The notes beneath the pieces were generated by a model. The model was not told the DNA's origin. It was given only the letters and a program-made list of their open reading frames with translations, and made no database searches. 64,000 nt of DNA from Gammaproteobacteria bacterium. Its GTDB lineage: Bacteria; Pseudomonadota; Gammaproteobacteria; SZUA-229. Each line of letters starts with the position of its first letter. The stretch's first letter is position 1. Below are positions 32,737 through 42,555 of the stretch, piece after piece. The stretch lies in contig WFMW01000031.1 of NCBI GenBank assembly GCA_015488885.1, positions 5,566 through 69,565 on the forward strand. The letters run 5' to 3'. Position numbers and translations under genes: made by a program.

Positions 32737-33651
32737 TCACACATATTTCATTTCTTTCTTACGGTACAGGGTTGAAACCGAGCCGACTATTTTAGGGTCG
32801 GGCTTGCAAGCAATTATCGGGTCTTTTTCCGGGTAGTCCATGCTGTATAAAAAATGGCGTATACAGTTGATGCGGGCACGTTTTTTATCATCGGATTTTA
32901 CGACAGTCCAGGGGGCATCAGCCGTATCAGTATGAAAAAACATGGTCTTGCGGGCATCGGTATAATCATCCCACTTATCCAGCGACTGCAGGTCAATCGG
33001 GCTGAGTTTCCAGTGTTTTAGCGGGTCGTGACTGCGGGAATGGAAACGGCGTATCTGCTCATGGCGGCTCACTGAGAACCAGTATTTGCGTAATACCAGA
33101 TTAGAGTTGACCAGCATTCTTTCCAGTTGTGGGGTGGTACGCAGAAATTCCAGATGCTCTTCAGGGGTGCAGAATCCCATCACTCTTTCAACGCCAGCAC
33201 GGTTGTACCAGGAGCGGTCAAAAAACACCATTTCACCACGTGTGGGCAGGTGGTGTATATAACGTTGAAAATACCATTGCCCCAGTTCCCGGTTATTGGG
33301 TTTTTCCAGCGCAATAATGTGTGCGGCACGAGGGTTAAGGTGTTCCATAAAACGTTTAATCGTACCACCTTTGCCGGCCGCATCACGACCTTCAAAAATG
33401 CCAACTATCTTTATACCCTGTTCTTTAACCCAGTTCTGCAATTTCAGTAGTTCAGTCTGTAGCAACTGTTTTTCATGTTCGTATTCTTTCGTACCAATCT
33501 TTTTCGGGTAGGGATAATTACCCAGTTCGTAATTGATCTTTAATAAATCTTTACCGGAGATAATATCAGGTGAAGACAGAACTTTTTCAGGGTGAGTCAG
33601 ATCTTCAAGTATCTGTTTCATTTCCTGTTTGTGCTTATCACTATGTGGCAT
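32737..33651 (-). CDS. ppk2: Polyphosphate kinase 2 (single-domain PPK2)
   Basis: Walker A FEGRDAAGKGG and Walker B MVFFDRSWY. Lid motif. 304 aa. Confidence 0.9.
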   Translation of the reverse strand: MPHSDKHKQEMKQILEDLTHPEKVLSSPDIISGKDLLKINYELGNYPYPKKIGTKEYEHEKQLLQTELLKLQNWVKEQGIKIVGIFEGRDAAGKGGTIKRFMEHLNPRAAHIIALEKPNNRELGQWYFQRYIHHLPTRGEMVFFDRSWYNRAGVERVMGFCTPEEHLEFLRTTPQLERMLVNSNLVLRKYWFSVSRHEQIRRFHSRSHDPLKHWKLSPIDLQSLDKWDDYTDARKTMFFHTDTADAPWTVVKSDDKKRARINCIRHFLYSMDYPEKDPIIACKPDPKIVGSVSTLYRKKEMKYV

Positions 33652-33736
33652 AGGTTTCCGTGTATTATTTTGTAAGTTAAAGTAGTATAGTCAAAAAGAA
33701 AAAATAATTAATCATCCCTGAAAAAGCTTATCCAGT

Positions 33737-35242
33737 CTATTCAAATTTAAGGTGGTAACCCGCTTTAGCCAGGTAATCTATTTCCTTGTTTAAATCTGCA
33801 AGCGTCAGGCTATTGGCAGCCAGCCAGCCAACGGGGAACAACAGCTGAATCTGTTTCTTATTAACGCTAATCTCCGGGTCAGGCGTACTGTTATCGGTAC
33901 GCCCACGGTGCATTAAAACGGCCAGACGCAATAAAATGCACAGGCGTTTTCCCGGTTTAACAAACGGTTGCATGAGTGGGTTAAACTCATCACTATGAAA
34001 TTTGGCGCGATGGTTCTGTACCACGATCGCCAGCAGCGCCTGTTCCTGACGGGAAAAACCCTGCATATCCGCATTACCAAGAATATAGGCGCCATGTCGA
34101 TGGTATTGTGAGTGAGAGACCAACAGGCCGATTTCATGCAGTTGAGCCGCCCATTTGATGACTTGTTCAAAGGGTTCATCATCAATTTTCCATGCTTCAC
34201 TGGTCTGCTGGTAAAGCTTTTCAACAGTGTTGGCAACCCGTACCGACTGCTTTTCATCCACCCCCCAGCGTTTAATAAGTGATTCGACGGTGGCATCACG
34301 TACGTCCTGATGATTGATCCGACCGACCAGATCATAGAGCAGACCCTCACGCATACTTTGGTCAGAAACCTGCATGTGCTCAATGTTCAGGGTATTAAAT
34401 ACAGCCATTAATACAGATACCCCCCCGGCAATAACCGGACGGCGGCTTTCAGACAGACCTTTCAGCTCAAGCTTATCTTCATGCCCGGCTTTAATGAGGG
34501 CTTTTTGTAGTGGATGCAGAGCGTCGCGTTCAATACCGTTTTTACACCAGCCCTCGGCGTGTAATATATTACGAATCGCTCGAATAGTACCGGAACAGCC
34601 TATCGCTTCATTCCAGTTACCAGCCTGAAATTTTCCTGCCTGAGGTAGCAGGGTGAGTGCTGCATCAATTTGTGCCGCCTGAATGCGCGCTTTAGTAATC
34701 TGACCACCTGAAAAAAATTTTTTACTGGCACTGACACAACCGGTGTAAAGACTTTCACGGTGTAACGGATGCATGCCCTCACCGATAATGCACTCAGTGC
34801 TGCCTCCGCCAATATCAATCACCAGGCGTCTGCCCTGACCGGTAGCCAGGCCATGTGCCACACCCAGATATATCAGCCGTGCCTCTTCTCGTCCAGCAAT
34901 GATTTCAACAGGATGTTGCAGAATTTTTTCAGCCTGACAAACAAACTCAGCGGCGTTACGTGCTACCCGTAAGGTATTGGTTCCAGCAATTCGTACCGCA
35001 GAATCGGGTAAATCACGCACCCGTTGCGAGAAGGTTTCCAGGCAGGCAAAAGCCCGTTGCTGTGCAGCCGGTTTTAATTTACCTTTTTTACTCAGACCAC
35101 CACCAAGGCGAACACTTTCACGTATGCGGTCAATAATAGATAGAGTACCGCTTTCTTCCAGCCGGGCAACAATCATATGAAAGCTATTAGAACCAAGGTC
35201 AATGGCCGCAACAATATCAGGATGAGGGTCGGATATTTTCAA
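33737..35242 (-). CDS. ppx: Exopolyphosphatase / guanosine pentaphosphate phosphohydrolase
   Basis: Ppx/GppA N-terminal actin-like ATPase motifs (AAIDLGSNSFHMIV, DIGGGSTE). 501 aa. Confidence 0.9.
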   Translation of the reverse strand: MKISDPHPDIVAAIDLGSNSFHMIVARLEESGTLSIIDRIRESVRLGGGLSKKGKLKPAAQQRAFACLETFSQRVRDLPDSAVRIAGTNTLRVARNAAEFVCQAEKILQHPVEIIAGREEARLIYLGVAHGLATGQGRRLVIDIGGGSTECIIGEGMHPLHRESLYTGCVSASKKFFSGGQITKARIQAAQIDAALTLLPQAGKFQAGNWNEAIGCSGTIRAIRNILHAEGWCKNGIERDALHPLQKALIKAGHEDKLELKGLSESRRPVIAGGVSVLMAVFNTLNIEHMQVSDQSMREGLLYDLVGRINHQDVRDATVESLIKRWGVDEKQSVRVANTVEKLYQQTSEAWKIDDEPFEQVIKWAAQLHEIGLLVSHSQYHRHGAYILGNADMQGFSRQEQALLAIVVQNHRAKFHSDEFNPLMQPFVKPGKRLCILLRLAVLMHRGRTDNSTPDPEISVNKKQIQLLFPVGWLAANSLTLADLNKEIDYLAKAGYHLKFE

Positions 35243-35360
35243 TCTATTTTCCAGACAGGTTAAAGAAGCAACGATAATTTACTATATATTCGCCCGTCTG
35301 TCCTGTTGAGTTTCCATTAATGAACTTCCAGGTCCCATAAATATATCATGCAAAGGTTTC

Positions 35361-36404
35361 TCAATAGATTTGAATACGCGGTAATGCCGAGGTATTTTTT
35401 ACCAGTTTTCCAAATGCGCTTAATTCCAGCCCCAGAGTGCGGGCAACCTTGACAAACGCATTGCTGTGGATGTTTTCAACCGCAACCAGCAGGCCACCAG
35501 ACGTTTGCGGGTCGCAGAGAATTTTTTTCTGCAAGGCGGTCATTTCCCCTGTCTGATGGCCATAGCTGTCAAAATTACGCTGCGCACCACCCGGTGAACA
35601 GCCCAGTGAAATATAGTTTTCAATGCCGCTTAGTTTAGGTACAGCCTGATAGTTTACCTGCGCACTTACATCACTGGCTTTACATATTTCCAGTAAATGA
35701 CCCAATAAGCCAAAACCGGTTACATCGGTCATCGCCGTAACGTAAGGCAGTTTTGCGAAGATAGCACCGGCTGAATTCAGCTGACACATGGTGTTAATCG
35801 CAATACGCGCATGAGCCTTTTCCAGACATTTCTTTTTTTCAGCCGTGGTTAAAATACCAATACCCAGCGGTTTGGTTAAAAATAACTGACAACCAGCTTT
35901 GGCCTGGTTGTTGCGTTTCAGGTGAATCGTATCAACCTGGCCGGTTACCGCCAGACCAAACAACGGTTCGGGAGCATCAATAGAGTGTCCGCCAGCCAGT
36001 GGAATACTGGCCAGCTTGCAGGCGTAACGTCCGCCTTCGATAACCTGTGCAGCTATATCGGCTCCCAGCCTGTTAATTGGCCAGCCGAAAATAGCAATGG
36101 CCATTAATGGTGTACCGCCCATAGCGTAAATATCACTGATTGCATTGGTCGCTGCAATTTGACCAAATTCAAATGGATCATCCACAATCGGCATAAAAAA
36201 ATCGGTGGTGCTGATAACAGAGCGCCCCTCTCCCAGATCAAATACTGCTGCATCATCCATGGTATCGTTACCTACCAGCAGTTGAGGGCAGGAAACCGGC
36301 AATGCTGATGTGTGCAGAATTTTCTCGAGTATCTGCGGCGCAATTTTGCAACCACAGCCAGCGCCATGGCTGTATTCGGTTAGTTTTATTTTAGCTGTTG
36401 ACAT
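35361..36404 (-). CDS. selD: Selenide, water dikinase (Cys-type)
   Basis: N-terminal [17 protein letters not shown], near-identical to the E. coli SelD active site. AIR-synthase-related fold. Confidence 0.9.
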   Translation of the reverse strand: MSTAKIKLTEYSHGAGCGCKIAPQILEKILHTSALPVSCPQLLVGNDTMDDAAVFDLGEGRSVISTTDFFMPIVDDPFEFGQIAATNAISDIYAMGGTPLMAIAIFGWPINRLGADIAAQVIEGGRYACKLASIPLAGGHSIDAPEPLFGLAVTGQVDTIHLKRNNQAKAGCQLFLTKPLGIGILTTAEKKKCLEKAHARIAINTMCQLNSAGAIFAKLPYVTAMTDVTGFGLLGHLLEICKASDVSAQVNYQAVPKLSGIENYISLGCSPGGAQRNFDSYGHQTGEMTALQKKILCDPQTSGGLLVAVENIHSNAFVKVARTLGLELSAFGKLVKNTSALPRIQIY

Positions 36405-36827
36405 GAAAAATATGCAGATGCTTTCCTGTTTAACGCCGACATCATTTCGGGCAAACAGATAATACTTAACCCGAGCGATGATGCCTGTCGATAATAGTCA
36501 TCCACCTCCTCACCACCCTGTTTCTGTATACATTTTTTAATGAATGCGGATGAATCAAAAAAACATGCATGATGAATTTTCTCTTTCTTCCACAATCATT
36601 TCCGATATTTCTTTACCCGTTCCAACAACTTTATTCACTTTTACTGCCAGGATGGTTGGCTCACTGTTTCTTTATTGACGGGTATTATTTCTGCCAGAAC
36701 CTCAAAAAAGATATTTTCTTATAAAGTGTACCACAGGCTTGTCCAGCAACCGGATAAGATCGTGGTTCGCTTCGCTCTCACAATCTATCCTTATTCGTTT
36801 TAGGTTTTAATATTGAATAATTCATTG

Positions 36828-37259
36828 CTATTTTTGAGGTGGAGGCATTTCTTCAAATGCAGGAACACTTTTATCCATAAAATCCCATTTGGGTTTTCTT
36901 TTATTGTAAACAATGGCATTCGGTTTAAACCAGGAGCTATCATCAAGTGTTCCAGCAGAAACACTGATAGCATCCACAACCACATTACTTGTTCCAAAAA
37001 GACGGCTGCCACAACTGGGGCAAAAATATCTTGTAATTTTTGATCCTGTATCTGTTGTTGATTCAAAAGAACTGACTTCACCTTCGATTTTTACATCATC
37101 TCTATTGAAGAATGCATTAGAAGAATGGCCAGTTCCCGTGCTTTTCCTACAGTCATCACAATGACACTGCCCCATTCTCACTGGTTGAGATGTGATTGTA
37201 TACCTTACTGCTCCACATAAGCACGACCCTGAAGCAAAGGGTTTATTTTCTAAGTCCAC
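36828..37259 (-). CDS. GFA (glutathione-dependent formaldehyde-activating / CENP-V) family zinc protein
   Basis: CLCGAV...CHCDDC...CPSCGSRLF Zn-binding Cys pattern. The start is taken at a GTG preceded by GGAG; the ORF track's upstream ATG at 37343 is an alternative. Confidence 0.7.
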   Translation of the reverse strand: MDLENKPFASGSCLCGAVRYTITSQPVRMGQCHCDDCRKSTGTGHSSNAFFNRDDVKIEGEVSSFESTTDTGSKITRYFCPSCGSRLFGTSNVVVDAISVSAGTLDDSSWFKPNAIVYNKRKPKWDFMDKSVPAFEEMPPPQK

Positions 37260-37372
37260 TATATTCTCCAAAAAACGTGATTTCCGATTCAGACCTAACG
37301 CAGTTTTTAGCGGCAAAAAATGGTTTGCTATAATGCACAGCAAACTCTTTTTTGTCCACTTGAAAACACTTG

Positions 37373-37666
37373 TTATATGTAATTTTTAATTGATTCAAAT
37401 TCTTTTGCTGCCATAGTTGGAATAAACTCTACTACGTCATAGTTTGCGACATTAGCAATCTTAAATGGATCTTCATTAATAATTGCATCCACTTCTTCTT
37501 TATTAGAAGCATTAACCAATATAATTCCTCCTGTTCGTGGTACTTTACGCCCAGAGGCAATAAATTTTCCAGTAGCATAATATTTTTCAAGATAAGAAAT
37601 GTGATCGCTAATATGCCTATCAACTTCCGATAATTCCGTTTTGTATGTTAAAGATATGATAAACAT
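37373..37666 (-). CDS. YciI-like (Dabb fold) protein
   Basis: 97 aa. The YciI family pattern, with its conserved His, appears in the N-terminal strand (HISYLEKYYATGKFIASGR). Confidence 0.75.
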   Translation of the reverse strand: MFIISLTYKTELSEVDRHISDHISYLEKYYATGKFIASGRKVPRTGGIILVNASNKEEVDAIINEDPFKIANVANYDVVEFIPTMAAKEFESIKNYI

Positions 37667-37693
37667 TTAATACTCCGTTTATATAACATCTTA

Positions 37694-37730
37694 GCATTTA
37701 TACACTGTGCGGAGCATGGTGTATAAATGC
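37694..37730. promoter_or_regulatory. 12-bp perfect inverted repeat GCATTTATACAC-N13-GTGTATAAATGC upstream of the yciI-like/GFA operon
   Basis: Exact dyad 28-64 bp upstream of the yciI-like start codon. Its AT-rich stem argues for an operator rather than a terminator. Confidence 0.3.
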
Positions 37731-38317
37731 CTAAGGTGGATAAAACTGTCAGTCTGGTATTCCCGTTATTTGTTCTTCTTTCCACGCTGTCAATCGCCTG
37801 TTTTTAAGCCATCTGCCCTACTGTGTTTGCGGTTTCAGGCCGGTTATTTTATATGACATGATAAACCCGTTATCGGCTTTCTGACAACCAGTAAATATCT
37901 CACGATGCCGGTGTTAATCGTGTTTTTTGTCGCTATGCACACATCCTCTGTCGTCGTTCTTTTTCTGATGGAATGAGTCCAACCAGATGCAGGTAGCCAT
38001 AATGGCGAACTCGCATGAAGCCTTTGGCAACAGAAAACGGCGCAGGAACCCGGTGCCTGCCCGTTGCATAAATTTTGCTGACTGTGCCGATAGTCTTTAT
38101 AGTAGGCCACACACTGCCATTAGCCATTACTATAACTTGATGCAGAACGGGCTGATTAAAACTGTTCTGCGTCAAGAAGATCGCCTGCAGATAAAAATGA
38201 ATGCCAGCAGCCTCTTCATCAATAACTTACATTGATATGGTAAATCAGCGGAAACAATCATTTTAGGTCAGCTTTATTCATAAGCCAGCCCGAATACGCT
38301 AAAATCACTTCTTTTTT

Positions 38318-39319
38318 ATGCCTGCCAGCACTGGTCTGCCACTTATGTCTGTTTACACCATCATTGAAGATGCCGAACTGAGAGCTTTTCTCGGTCATTA
38401 TTGTGTGGGAGAACTCACTGATTTCAAAGGTATTAAAGACGGTATTGAAAACACTAATTACTTTGTTAATACGGTAAAAAACGACCAGCCCTTACATTTT
38501 GTACTGACCATCTTTGAACAACACAGCTTTGACGAACTGCAATATTTTCTTAATTTAATGCATCATCTGGCTGACCATCAGGTACCCAGCGCGAATCCGG
38601 TTGCCGATAATGCAGGCAATTATCTGCGTCTTTTTAACAACAAGCCGATTGCTCTGGTAGAACGCCTGCCCGGCAGCAGTATTACCGAAACTCGCGTTGA
38701 TCACTGTGCCCAGCTGGGTGCCGCCATGGGCAAAATGCATGCCGCCGGGTTGAGTTACCCGACTCACCTCGATAACCCACGCGGGCCGTTGTGGTGTCAG
38801 CAAACCGCCGCACAGGTGATGCACAGGTTAACCGCTGAAGACCAGGCCATTCTGCAACAGGAAGTTGTGTTTCAGAAAGACAAACGCGATGCCAGCCTGC
38901 CGTGCGGGGTGGTTCATGCTGACCTGTTTCGTGATAATGCCTTATGGTATAACGACCATGGCAAGGCTATGTTCAGTGGCATTATCGACTTTTATTACGC
39001 CTGTGATGATGTCTTGCTGTACGATCTGGCGGTGGCGGCCAATGACTGGTGCTGTCAGGGCGATTACCGCCTCGATAAAGACAAAATTACCGCCCTGCTC
39101 AGTCATTATCACCAGTATCGTCCATTACAGGCGAATGAGCAAAATTACTGGCCGATTTTATTACGTGCCGCCGCCCTGCGGTTCTGGTTATCGCGTCTGT
39201 ACGACAAATATTTCCCTCGCCCCGGCGAACTGGTTCACACCAAAAACCCGGATGTGTTCAAAACCATTCTCAGTGATCGCATTCATCGGCAATCCGACTA
39301 CGCCTCTTTCTGGATATAA
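38318..39319 (+). CDS. thrB: Homoserine kinase, APH-fold (Pseudomonas-type ThrB)
   Basis: APH-family motifs (HADLFRDN, IDFYYACDD). About 320 aa. The true start is probably MSVYT at 38345. Confidence 0.8.
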   Translation: MPASTGLPLMSVYTIIEDAELRAFLGHYCVGELTDFKGIKDGIENTNYFVNTVKNDQPLHFVLTIFEQHSFDELQYFLNLMHHLADHQVPSANPVADNAGNYLRLFNNKPIALVERLPGSSITETRVDHCAQLGAAMGKMHAAGLSYPTHLDNPRGPLWCQQTAAQVMHRLTAEDQAILQQEVVFQKDKRDASLPCGVVHADLFRDNALWYNDHGKAMFSGIIDFYYACDDVLLYDLAVAANDWCCQGDYRLDKDKITALLSHYHQYRPLQANEQNYWPILLRAAALRFWLSRLYDKYFPRPGELVHTKNPDVFKTILSDRIHRQSDYASFWI

Positions 39320-39321
39320 TC

Positions 39322-39852
39322 ATGCTGAGTCGTATAATCGATAAACTGGAAAAATTTATCGACTGGAGCGGACGCACGGTGTCCTGGTTAACACTGGCAC
39401 TGGTGCTGGATACTTTTCTGGTGGTGGTATTGCGTTATGTTTTTGACAGCGGCTCCATCGCCATGCAGGAATCCATTACCTATATCCATGCTACGGTATT
39501 TCTTGTCGGCATGGCCTATACGCTGCAACTGGATGGCCATGTGCGCGTGGATATTTTTTACACACACTTTTCTGCCCGGGGCAAGGCCTGGGTCGATCTG
39601 TTCGGTGCCTGCTGTTTTCTGTTGCCGTTTATGCTGTTTATCAGCTGGATTAGCTGGGAATATATTGCCGCGAGCTGGTCGGTACATGAAGGCTCACGCG
39701 AAGCCGGTGGTCTGCCCGGTGTCTTCCTGCTAAAAAGCATGATTCTGGTGATGACCACGCTGTTGACCCTGCAAGCACTGGTGCAGATTTATCATGCCAT
39801 TCAAACCATCAGACAGCCTGAAGCGAATACCCTGCCCGAGGATAAAAAATAA
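39322..39852 (+). CDS. dctQ: TRAP transporter small permease
   Basis: Four-TM DctQ profile. Starts 3 bp after the thrB stop. Confidence 0.85.
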   Translation: MLSRIIDKLEKFIDWSGRTVSWLTLALVLDTFLVVVLRYVFDSGSIAMQESITYIHATVFLVGMAYTLQLDGHVRVDIFYTHFSARGKAWVDLFGACCFLLPFMLFISWISWEYIAASWSVHEGSREAGGLPGVFLLKSMILVMTTLLTLQALVQIYHAIQTIRQPEANTLPEDKK

Positions 39853-41225
39853 TGGAATATATGCCATTGTATATGTTCGCTGCGGTGTTCGCATTTCTGC
39901 TGCTGGGCTATCCGGTTGCCTTTACACTGGCCGGGACCGCTTTACTGTTCAGTGTCATCGGGCAGCTCACCGGCAGTTTCGACCCGGCTTTTCTGCAGGC
40001 CCTGCCTAATCGTATTTATGGCATTATCAGCAATGAAATATTAATTGCTGTACCCCTGTTTGTGTTTATGGGAGTGATGCTGGAACGCTCTAAAATTGCC
40101 GATGCGCTGCTTACCACCATGGCACGTTTGTTCGGTCGTTTGCGCGGTGGCCTCGGCATTTCAGTGGTACTGGTGGGGATGTTACTGGCTGCCAGTACCG
40201 GCATAGTCGGTGCCACCGTGGTTACCATGGGGCTGTTATCACTGCCCAGTATGCTCAAACAGGGCTATGACCCGAAAATATCCGCTGGTTTGATATGTGC
40301 ATCAGGTACATTAGGGCAGATTATCCCGCCTTCTATCGTACTGGTTTTACTGGGTGATGTACTGTCTACCGCCTATCAGCAGGCACAGCTCAATATGGGC
40401 ATTTATTCACCACAAACCGTATCGGTTGGCGACCTGTTTATTGGCGCACTGCTTCCCGGCATATTGCTGGTGAGTCTGTATATTCTCTATCTTGTTGGCG
40501 TTGCCATAGTTAAACCTGCCGCTATGCCACTGGCAAAACAGGATGATAACAGCACCACTGCCAATCTGTTAGAAGACGTGATCCGCAGCCTGATTCCACC
40601 ACTGGTGCTTATCTTTGCGGTATTGGGTTCCATTATTGCCGGTCTGGCGACACCCACCGAGGCAGCTTCACTGGGTGCAGTCGGCGCCATGCTGCTGGCG
40701 GCGGTAAAAAAACAACTGACCCTGGCCAACCTTACTGACGTCATGCGCAGTACCACCCGTATCAGCAGTATGGTGTTTATGATTCTGATTGGCGCAGCGA
40801 TTTTTTCACTGGTATTTCGCGGTTTTGATGGTGACGGCTTAATCCAGTCCATGCTCAGCAACCTCAGCGGTGGTAAATATCACGCGCTGTTTCTGGTTAT
40901 GCTGGTTATGTTCCTGCTGGGTTTCGTGCTTGATTTTATTGAAATTACCTTTGTTATCGTTCCCATTGTCGGCCCGGTTTTACTTACCATGGGTATCGAC
41001 CCGGTATGGCTGGGGATTCTGATTGCCATTAACCTGCAAACCTCATTTTTGACCCCACCTTTTGGTTTCGCACTGTTTTATCTGCGCGGTGTCGCCCCGG
41101 CAGAAGTCACCACCATGCAAATTTATAAAGGTGTCATGCCTTTTATATTGATTCAGGTTATCGCTATGGCTTTAATTGCCTGGTGGCCGCAAATTGCCAC
41201 CTGGCTACCCACAAAGATTTCCTGA
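39852..41225 (+). CDS. dctM: TRAP transporter large permease
   Basis: 12-TM DctM family. ATGA overlap with dctQ. Confidence 0.9.
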   Translation: MEYMPLYMFAAVFAFLLLGYPVAFTLAGTALLFSVIGQLTGSFDPAFLQALPNRIYGIISNEILIAVPLFVFMGVMLERSKIADALLTTMARLFGRLRGGLGISVVLVGMLLAASTGIVGATVVTMGLLSLPSMLKQGYDPKISAGLICASGTLGQIIPPSIVLVLLGDVLSTAYQQAQLNMGIYSPQTVSVGDLFIGALLPGILLVSLYILYLVGVAIVKPAAMPLAKQDDNSTTANLLEDVIRSLIPPLVLIFAVLGSIIAGLATPTEAASLGAVGAMLLAAVKKQLTLANLTDVMRSTTRISSMVFMILIGAAIFSLVFRGFDGDGLIQSMLSNLSGGKYHALFLVMLVMFLLGFVLDFIEITFVIVPIVGPVLLTMGIDPVWLGILIAINLQTSFLTPPFGFALFYLRGVAPAEVTTMQIYKGVMPFILIQVIAMALIAWWPQIATWLPTKIS

Positions 41226-41367
41226 TACGTGTATGATTAAGATACGTGTGCATCTGTGATACATGGATGATAAATTTTACTTGAAAAAAAACTTATCAAA
41301 GCGTAAAACATTATCGTAAAATATTACACCTGCTGCGTGCTTAATACCGGAATTTATCTGTAACTTT

Positions 41368-42270
41368 ATGAATAATATAAGTGAGAAAACAACCATGACT
41401 ACTCGAATTATTTTCCTTTTATTTACTTTAATGCTAAGTTCTAATGTGCTGGCAACACAAACCGGCAAGCTTACTTTCCCAGCGATGGGGTTACAATTTA
41501 CCCTGCCAGACGGCTGGTCCGGCCAGCAACAGGGAGGGGGATATTATATCCAGTCTGCTAATGACCCCGGTTTTATTTTATTATTTGAAAATTTTGCAAC
41601 AACCACTAAACAGCTAAAAGAACAGATGAATAACGGCCTGTCACAGCAGAGTATTCAGTTAAAGCGCAGCGGTGATTTTGTCGCTTATAAGAAAGGCAAT
41701 AAAAAAGGCATTGCCTGCCAGTTCAAGGGACATATTGATAACGCAGGAGCTCAAGCCTGGGTAATCAGTTTAATTAACCCGGATGGCCCTGGCCTGAGTA
41801 TTGTTGCAGCAGCTAGTGTAAAAAAATCTTCTGATAAATATAAAAAACTTGCCACACAAATCGCCGATAGCGTTGTGTTCTCTGCACCTGACGTAGCAAA
41901 AAAGGATGCCTCAACCAAACAATGGCAGCAATGGTTACAGAATGCACGCTTAAGCAGGGTTAACAATATAGCTGATAAAGACATCAACAAACATAACACA
42001 AAAGTCTATAAGCTATGTCGTAATCATACTTTTTACTATTCACACAATAGCCGTTCAAGTATTGATACCGATAATAGTTTTGCTTTCAGCAGCACAAATA
42101 ACATTACCTACGGCCACTGGCAGCTTGGTAATGGCAAAGATAAAACCCCTGTATTAAATCTACACTATGATAATGGTCAGACAGATAGCTTTCCATTAAG
42201 CTTTAAAGCTGGCAAAGTAGCATTAAATAATGAAAGCTATGCCTATTCCCGTATCGACCATTGTCATTAA
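41368..42270 (+). CDS. Hypothetical secreted protein (300 aa; the start is probably the Met at 41395)
   Basis: Sec signal peptide. No recognisable domain. Confidence 0.45.
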   Translation: MNNISEKTTMTTRIIFLLFTLMLSSNVLATQTGKLTFPAMGLQFTLPDGWSGQQQGGGYYIQSANDPGFILLFENFATTTKQLKEQMNNGLSQQSIQLKRSGDFVAYKKGNKKGIACQFKGHIDNAGAQAWVISLINPDGPGLSIVAAASVKKSSDKYKKLATQIADSVVFSAPDVAKKDASTKQWQQWLQNARLSRVNNIADKDINKHNTKVYKLCRNHTFYYSHNSRSSIDTDNSFAFSSTNNITYGHWQLGNGKDKTPVLNLHYDNGQTDSFPLSFKAGKVALNNESYAYSRIDHCH

Positions 42271-42298
42271 TTAACCGCTATCTATCCGAGGAAAAACC

Positions 42299-42547
42299 AT
42301 GTCTGATGAAGCTGTTAGAAGTTCTGACTCCCCCTTTGCTATTGAGGTAGAAATCGGCACCACTTATTACTGGTGCTCCTGTGGCAAAAGTAAAACTCAG
42401 CCATTTTGTGATGGCTCACATAAGGGCAGTAGTTTCAGCCCGGTAAAATATATTGCAGAAGAATCAAAAAAGGTTTATTTCTGCGGCTGCAAACAAACCC
42501 GGACACCACCTCTATGTGATGGCAGTCATAAGAATCAGGGAAGCTGA
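42299..42547 (+). CDS. CDGSH iron-sulfur domain protein (two CDGSH motifs)
   Basis: CSCGKSKTQPFCDGSHK and CGCKQTRTPPLCDGSHK. Confidence 0.8.
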   Translation: MSDEAVRSSDSPFAIEVEIGTTYYWCSCGKSKTQPFCDGSHKGSSFSPVKYIAEESKKVYFCGCKQTRTPPLCDGSHKNQGS

Positions 42548-42555
42548 ACAATCTC

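Noticed and set aside
36386-36595. 69-aa ORF overlapping the selD start on the minus strand.
   Set aside because: No RBS, and it overlaps the selD N-terminus. It is probably the promoter/leader region of selD.
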